A DNA stretch of 64,000 nucleotides from the IMG/VR virus record IMGVR_UViG_2061766007_000545. One strand, given 5' to 3'. The position numbers and the translations under genes are program-made. A model generated the notes under the pieces. That model was not told the origin of the DNA, searched no databases, and saw only the letters and a program-made list of their open reading frames with translations. Shown here one piece after another: positions 59,171-64,000 of this stretch. Position 1 is the stretch's first letter. Every line of letters starts with the position of its first letter. Source of the DNA: an uncultured virus (IMG/VR IMGVR_UViG_2061766007_000545) (Duplodnaviria > Heunggongvirae > Uroviricota > Caudoviricetes).

Positions 59171-59244
59171 CGAGGGATACGTCAATTGGCTAGACGGCGT
59201 GCGTTGGATGCACGAGGTTGCGGGTTCGAATCCTGCTCCTTCGA
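59171..59244 (+). tRNA. tRNA-Pro(TGG)
   Basis: CGTGC-GT-TGG-AT-GCACG. Confidence 0.9.
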
Positions 59245-59253
59245 CTCGAAAAT

Positions 59254-59282
59254 TTGAAAATTTTCGGAATTTTTGGTATACT
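59254..59282 (+). promoter_or_regulatory. Sigma-A-type promoter (tRNA array 3)
   Basis: TTGAAA-17-TATACT. Confidence 0.75.
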
Positions 59283-59306
59283 ATATTTACAAAAGTTAAG
59301 AAATAT

Positions 59307-59377
59307 CGCGCTGTGATGTAATGGAAGCATACTAGCCTCATACACTAGAAATACGGGTTCAAGTCCCGTTGGCGCAA
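59307..59377 (+). tRNA. tRNA-Met(CAT), initiator-like
   Basis: CTAGC-CT-CAT-AC-ACTAG, C1:A72 mismatch. Confidence 0.83.
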
Positions 59378-59424
59378 GTCCATTATCTATAGGTGGCGCT
59401 GAATACATAAGAAAGGAAAAAGAA

Positions 59425-59781
59425 ATGGGATATTATACTGATTATTCACTTAAGGTTTATAATGAGAAAGGTCAGTTAATCGATTCAGAAGATAAGGAAT
59501 TCGAAGAAGTACGTAGAGTCTTTTCTGAAAAGGTTGAATGGATAGATTCTGATGACCTTAATGCTCTTAATACTGAACACGGAGTTAATTGGAAGTGGTA
59601 TTCTGCGCGAAGAGATATTGAAGAAATCGCAAAAGAACTTCCTTCTTATTACTTTATTCTCGAAGGACAGGGAGAAGAGAATGGAGATTGGTGGACTCTT
59701 GCTCTTCATGGAACACAAATTTATGAAGACGAAGTAGTTGCACCCGCAAATCATTTTGATGATTTTTGGGTTGCTTATTAA
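59425..59781 (+). CDS. Acidic hypothetical protein
   Basis: MGYYTDYSL...KWY...L.G.GEE..D.W; AAAGGA RBS. Confidence 0.7.
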   Translation: MGYYTDYSLKVYNEKGQLIDSEDKEFEEVRRVFSEKVEWIDSDDLNALNTEHGVNWKWYSARRDIEEIAKELPSYYFILEGQGEENGDWWTLALHGTQIYEDEVVAPANHFDDFWVAY

Positions 59782-59858
59782 GTCCTCGTACGCCAATAGG
59801 AACCAGACGGCTTGACTACGAATCAACGCAGATGTGGGTTCGAATCCCTCCGAGGACA
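59782..59858 (+). tRNA. tRNA-Arg(ACG)
   Basis: TTGA-CT-ACG-AA-TCAA. Confidence 0.85.
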
Positions 59859-59861
59859 TAT

Positions 59862-59947
59862 GCCGCAGTACCTTAGTGGGGAGGAGGGACGGTCTTGAAA
59901 ACCGTTGACCTTCACGGGTCTGTTAGGTTCGAATCCTACCTGCGGCG
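59862..59947 (+). tRNA. tRNA-Ser(TGA)
   Basis: ACGGT-CT-TGA-AA-ACCGT, long variable arm. Confidence 0.9.
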
Positions 59948-59951
59948 CTCT

Positions 59952-60040
59952 GTTTGGGTGGCAGAGTCTGGTCGAATGCGGTGGATTGCTAATCCATTGA
60001 ACATTAAATTGTTCCGAAGGTTCGAATCCTTTCCCAAACG
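59952..60040 (+). tRNA. tRNA-Ser(GCT)
   Basis: GTGGA-TT-GCT-AA-TCCAT, long variable arm. Confidence 0.9.
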
Positions 60041-60112
60041 TTTAAACTAATTTAAAGGAGAACTATGATGAAGCGAAAACATATTCACAAATTAAAATCG
60101 AAGAAAATTTAC

Positions 60113-60184
60113 GCGTCCGTGGCAGACAAGTAATGCACACGACTTTTAATCGTGGATATGTGGGGGCAGTACCCATCGGGCGCA
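60113..60184 (+). tRNA. tRNA-Lys(TTT), non-canonical T-loop
   Basis: CACGA-CT-TTT-AA-TCGTG; T-arm GTGGG-GGCAGTA-CCCAT. Confidence 0.8.
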
Positions 60185-60188
60185 CTAT

Positions 60189-60262
60189 ACCGATGTAGTT
60201 TAACTGGCAAAATAGCTGACTCTTAATCAGTAAGACTGTGGGTTCAACTCCCACCATCGGTA
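60189..60262 (+). tRNA. tRNA-Lys(CTT)
   Basis: GCTGA-CT-CTT-AA-TCAGT. Confidence 0.9.
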
Positions 60263-60264
60263 CT

Positions 60265-60336
60265 GTGGGAGTGGCAGATAGGTAATGCGCTAGATTGTGG
60301 CTCTAGTTTATGCGGGTTCAAATCCCGTCTCTCACC
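60265..60336 (+). tRNA. tRNA-His(GTG)
   Basis: CTAGA-TT-GTG-GC-TCTAG, C73. Confidence 0.9.
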
Positions 60337-60339
60337 TAT

Positions 60340-60414
60340 ACGAGCATAACTCAGTAGGTAGAGTGTCCGTCTGATACGCGGGAAGTCGGTTGGGTTCAAA
60401 TCCCCCTGCTCGTA
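60340..60414 (+). tRNA. tRNA-Ile(GAT)
   Basis: TCCGT-CT-GAT-AC-GCGGG. Confidence 0.85.
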
Positions 60415-60426
60415 CTTACCGAAAAT

Positions 60427-60455
60427 TTGATTTTTTCTTAAATTTTTGGTATAAT
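60427..60455 (+). promoter_or_regulatory. Sigma-A-type promoter (ROOL-like RNA)
   Basis: TTGATT-17-TATAAT. Confidence 0.8.
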
Positions 60456-60480
60456 ATATGTATAGAAAATAAGAAAAGAA

Positions 60481-61085
60481 CTTTGAAAACTTTATAAAAA
60501 GCGTGTTGCAACCTTGTGAAGAGCGTCTAACCAACGCTGCAAGGGCGCCTCGGAACAGCTGAGGAGTCGTCAGAAGGATACTTCAAAACGGCTCAACTTT
60601 CACAGAAATCGAAAGACGAAGTGAGAAGGAGTAAAACTCCAACAGAGAAGAGGTGGCGCAAGGGCAATATGATTATAAGACACGATTCCGGTTTTCCCAA
60701 CAATAGACGCCTCGGTGAGGAATAACCCTATAGACCACATCCGCAAGATGTGAGCCAATGTAGGGAATGCAAAAGCAATGGGAATGCCTCGACACTACGT
60801 CAGAAATGGCGTAGAACCGGTTTGCGGTACGAGTAGCCTAAGAGGCGTAATATTTCTAAAATAGTTGACATTAATTATTGGGCAAATGTTATTAATCTGA
60901 ATGGTTGGTGAAAGTTAGGGGTACATGAATCCCCTTCGAGACAGTGGTTCCGAAAGGAACTGGGGTAAGAAGTTATACGGCGACGGCTGTATGGCTCAGA
61001 CTTATCTCCTCGGTGGTCGAATAATAAAGGTTATTGAGGGAGTATAGCGAAGGCTAGCAATATACTTTTTATAAAGTTTTTAAAG
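60481..61085 (+). ncRNA. Large structured ncRNA, probable ROOL RNA
   Basis: ~605 nt with no CDS, 29-nt terminal complementary arms, many short-loop hairpins, own sigma-A promoter, tRNA neighbourhood; family assigned from recalled size/context/motifs, not from a search. Confidence 0.72.
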
Positions 61086-61147
61086 AAAAGAAAAGGAGTT
61101 AAGTTATGATGAGACGATGGTGTATGGAGCAGCACATTAAGTAATAT

Positions 61148-61218
61148 GCGGCTCTAGTGTAATGGTAACATGGCGGTCTCCAAAACCGCAGATTAGGGTT
61201 CAACTCCCTAGAGTCGTG
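61148..61218 (+). tRNA. tRNA-Trp(CCA)
   Basis: GCGGT-CT-CCA-AA-ACCGC. Confidence 0.92.
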
Positions 61219-61222
61219 CTTC

Positions 61223-61296
61223 GGCATTGTACTCAAGTGGATTAAGAGGCGGGGCTGCAACCTCCGTAGTCGTTGGTTCGAATCCAACCAATGCCT
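61223..61296 (+). tRNA. tRNA-Cys(GCA)
   Basis: CGGGG-CT-GCA-AC-CTCCG, U73. Confidence 0.92.
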
Positions 61297-61310
61297 CTTT
61301 AATAATATAT

Positions 61311-61383
61311 GCCCCGATAGTCGAACGGCATAGACGCTTGTCTTAGGAACAAGTATTTGGGGGTTCAAATCCCTCTCGGGGTA
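61311..61383 (+). tRNA. tRNA-Leu(TAG), short variable loop
   Basis: CTTGT-CT-TAG-GA-ACAAG. Confidence 0.85.
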
Positions 61384-61550
61384 CGCCGCGGTAACAAAGG
61401 TATATACCTAGGGGTAAAGAGAATAGAGATAGTATGGGACGCTCGAGGGACTAACCTCGTTCTGCGCTTTGCCAGAGAATTTAAAGTGCGCAACCCATGC
61501 CCCGGCGTTTTTGTAGTGGCGCTCGAAGTAATACACTACGATAGAAGGTT

Positions 61551-61617
61551 AGTCTTATGGTCTAATTGGACAAGGACGCGCAAAAGCGAGGTAGGGGTTC
61601 GATTCCCTTTAAGACAA
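61551..61617 (+). ncRNA. tRNA-like RNA lacking a normal anticodon arm
   Basis: Acceptor GTCTTA/TAAGAC, D arm, T arm AGGGG-TTCGATT-CCCTT; anticodon arm reduced to CGC-AAAA-GCG. Confidence 0.75.
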
Positions 61618-61643
61618 TTTATTTTATTTTGGAGGAAAAGAAA

Positions 61644-61979
61644 ATGCCGTTTTCATTTACTACTACAAATTTACTAGATGATATCTTTCTTTCTGCTGAT
61701 TGTAGACTTGTTGTTCGATCTCAATCTCGTGTTGAACGATTTAAAAATCTTGTAAAGGTTGTGTTTAAGAATAAGGATAAAAGAATTTTTGGAGTAAAGC
61801 TTTCTAATGGCGAAGTAATTACTGTTAAGTGTGCCGAGAATGATACTTGGGATGAAGAGAAGGCATTGCTTGCATGCTTCGCAAAGTGGGAAGCCGGTAA
61901 TAATGGTACATTCAATAAGCTCTTTAGCTTACTTGATAATGTAGTAGATACTTCGAAAGGACAAAAGAAAAATGACTAA
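61644..61979 (+). CDS. Hypothetical protein
   Basis: GGAGG RBS; V.C...D.WDEEKA motif. Confidence 0.65.
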   Translation: MPFSFTTTNLLDDIFLSADCRLVVRSQSRVERFKNLVKVVFKNKDKRIFGVKLSNGEVITVKCAENDTWDEEKALLACFAKWEAGNNGTFNKLFSLLDNVVDTSKGQKKND

Positions 61980-62106
61980 TAAAGATAAATATAATCTGAT
62001 GTTCGCGCGCTATGTAACTTTGAGCGAAAAGCCGAAAAACATTAAGTCAGGTGGAGTACTACGGAAGCTGCGCCGTAAGCTGCGCGCAATGAAAAAAGAC
62101 AATTAA
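61972..62106 (+). CDS. Small basic protein (44 aa)
   Basis: MTNKDKYNLMFARY...KNIKSGGVLRKLRRKLRAMKKDN; overlaps upstream stop; below ORF-track cutoff. Confidence 0.55.
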   Translation: MTNKDKYNLMFARYVTLSEKPKNIKSGGVLRKLRRKLRAMKKDN

Positions 62107-62139
62107 CTAATTTTTGTTTCCTGTTTTTCTTTTCTTATC

Positions 62140-62173
62140 GGGGTTACTCGATAGAGTAACCCCACCTCTTTTT
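62140..62173 (+). terminator. Probable terminator hairpin
   Basis: GGGGTTACTC-GATA-GAGTAACCCC. Confidence 0.6.
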
Positions 62174-62191
62174 CTTAGAAAGGATTCGCTT

Positions 62192-62401
62192 ATGTATAAA
62201 ATGACAAAAGTAAACTCAAGTGCGATTGCAGAAATTGGTTATGATAAAGATACGGGTACTTTGAAAATTACTTTTAATAGTGGTTTAGAGTATGAATATC
62301 CAAACTTTGAAGAAGCGCAATATAAAGAATTTCTTCATGCGCCTTCAATAGGAAAATATTATAATAAGAATATACGCTCAAGCTTCTCAATAAAAAGATA
62401 G
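62192..62401 (+). CDS. KTSC domain protein
   Basis: VNSSAIAEIGYD...L.I.F.SG..Y.Y...APSIGKYYN..IR. Confidence 0.9.
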   Translation: MYKMTKVNSSAIAEIGYDKDTGTLKITFNSGLEYEYPNFEEAQYKEFLHAPSIGKYYNKNIRSSFSIKR

Positions 62402-62466
62402 AACAAATAATAAAAACTCCCACTTATAAATGTAGGGAGTTTTTTTAATATGGAGGATTATAAAGA

Positions 62467-63093
62467 ATGGCGAAGAATGACTTGACCATTAGAATTCCAA
62501 ATTTGGCAAAGGAAACAATGCCACTTCCCGATCCAGAGCTACTTCAGTTTTATAGGGAATATGAAAATAGAATTATTTGGCTTATAGATGAGATTGGAGA
62601 TGAAGTCTATAGTGTGATGCAAATGATTCTACAATTTAATAGAGAAGATGAGGAGATTGCCCCTGAAGATAGAAAACCTATCCGATTAATTATCGCTTCA
62701 CCCGGCGGTACGCTTGATTGCGCGCGCTCATTGGTTTCTATTATGAGACTTTCAATAACCCCAATTTATACAATTGCTGTTGGAAGCGTAGCTAGCGCAG
62801 CTTCTATGATTTATCTCGCAAGTAATCGTAAATTTGCAATCCAAGGTGCGTCCTTCCTTTTCCATCAAGGGAGTTGCGATAATGTAAGCGGTAGCTATGC
62901 AGAAGTTACTGCTTTTGCAGATAATTATAAGAAAATTATTTCTGATATGACAGAATTTTATAAAACACATACAAAGTTTCCAAGTGAAGTTATTGAAGAA
63001 AAAATTCAAAAAGATTGGTATATTGGTCTTGATGAAGCACTTGAAAATGGAGTAGTAGATGAAATTATAGAAGATATTAGTATACTTCTGTAA
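62467..63093 (+). CDS. clpP: ClpP-like protease subunit
   Basis: IASPGG, ASAAS catalytic Ser, FHQ, EALENGVVD. Confidence 0.88.
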   Translation: MAKNDLTIRIPNLAKETMPLPDPELLQFYREYENRIIWLIDEIGDEVYSVMQMILQFNREDEEIAPEDRKPIRLIIASPGGTLDCARSLVSIMRLSITPIYTIAVGSVASAASMIYLASNRKFAIQGASFLFHQGSCDNVSGSYAEVTAFADNYKKIISDMTEFYKTHTKFPSEVIEEKIQKDWYIGLDEALENGVVDEIIEDISILL

Positions 63094-63105
63094 TGAAGGA
63101 GGAAT

Positions 63106-63942
63106 ATGAACGAACTCAATTATACGGGTTACATTGAAGCAGACTTGAATGATGAAAGTCTTGCTGAACTCATAGAAAAGGGAACGTCTAAAATACTTAG
63201 TACAACTACGGAGAATCAGTACGTAATCGCGCACGATGAACATGGAAAAGAAGTTTATTTTAAGTGTAAAAATGGGAAATATGAATTAGTTAAATATCCT
63301 TTTATAAATTCGATACTTACTGGTCAGTTGAAGCCGAGAAACCCTCAGCAGTATTGCGCGATGGATATGTTACTTGATGAAAGTATTCCGGTTAAATTGA
63401 TTACGGGTAAGTTTGGTAGTGGTAAGACATTGGCTTGTATTGACTTTGCAATACAGGCAATTGAAGCAGGAAAATTTGAGAAGATTGTATTTGTAAGGAA
63501 TAATGTACAGGTGGCTAACACAGATAGTTTGGGTGCGCTTCCCGGTGACGAGTTGGAGAAGACGCTGCCTTATGTGATGCCTTTTGCTGACCACTGCGGT
63601 GGAAAGGATGGGTTGATGCGCTTGATTCATGATGAAAAGTTGGAAGTTATTCCACTTGCTTTTCTGCGCGGGCGCAGTATACGTAATGCCATCATTTACT
63701 CTATGGAGTCGGAGAACCTTACAAAGGAGCAGATTCAGTTAATTATGGGGCGCGTAGACGAGGGTTCTATCTTGGTTATGGACGGTGATATAAAGCAGAG
63801 AGATAAAGCTGCTTTTGAGAAGTCGATGGGACTTGAGAGAATGGTGAGCGCGCTTAAGGGGAATAAATTATTTGGATATATTCATTTAGTAAAATCAGAA
63901 AGAAGTGAGGTTAGCGCGCTTGCGGATTTACTTGATGAATAA
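63106..63942 (+). CDS. phoH: PhoH-like ATPase
   Basis: GKFGSGKT, LGALPG, FLRGRS, GD..Q.D, RS..S.LA. Confidence 0.9.
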   Translation: MNELNYTGYIEADLNDESLAELIEKGTSKILSTTTENQYVIAHDEHGKEVYFKCKNGKYELVKYPFINSILTGQLKPRNPQQYCAMDMLLDESIPVKLITGKFGSGKTLACIDFAIQAIEAGKFEKIVFVRNNVQVANTDSLGALPGDELEKTLPYVMPFADHCGGKDGLMRLIHDEKLEVIPLAFLRGRSIRNAIIYSMESENLTKEQIQLIMGRVDEGSILVMDGDIKQRDKAAFEKSMGLERMVSALKGNKLFGYIHLVKSERSEVSALADLLDE

Positions 63943-64000
63943 GGAGACGCAATGGGAAGAAAAGGGATTGGACATATTACGAGTTTTACCGGCGCCGGCG

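Noticed and set aside
55076..61677. Many short ORF-track entries over the tRNA/ncRNA region
   Set aside because: Shadow ORFs over GC-richer RNA genes with no RBS or protein motifs
1..64000. CRISPR array, integrase, IS element
   Set aside because: No regularly spaced direct repeats, recombinase or transposase motifs seen

Overview
AT-rich segment of a large tailed dsDNA phage genome, standard genetic code, host probably a Firmicute (inferred from sigma-A-type promoters, strong AGGAGG RBSs, Dit-like and BppU-like genes). 1-24 kb (- strand): replication/nucleotide module (nrdD, glutaredoxin, DnaE, RecJ, primase, DnaB, AAA ATPase, SSB, gyrA, gyrB split by a group I intron carrying a GIY-YIG endonuclease, GT8, UvrD-like helicase). 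24-47 kb (mostly +): modular tail-fibre/adhesin genes, a six-gene uncharacterised cassette and an endolysin. 47-54.9 kb: ligase, kinase, GT2, RNase H, nicotinamidase, Dit-like gene, holin, hypotheticals. 54.9-61.6 kb: an RNA-gene island with 29 tRNAs covering all 20 amino acids (several structurally deviant), one anticodon-less tRNA mimic, a ~605-nt ROOL-like RNA and several other large structured non-coding segments. The window ends with KTSC, ClpP and PhoH genes. The palindrome GCGCGC is strongly over-represented across the window. Three N-gaps with flanking duplications at 1.2-3.0 kb are assembly artefacts. All calls come from reading motifs by eye; no searches or folding programs were run.
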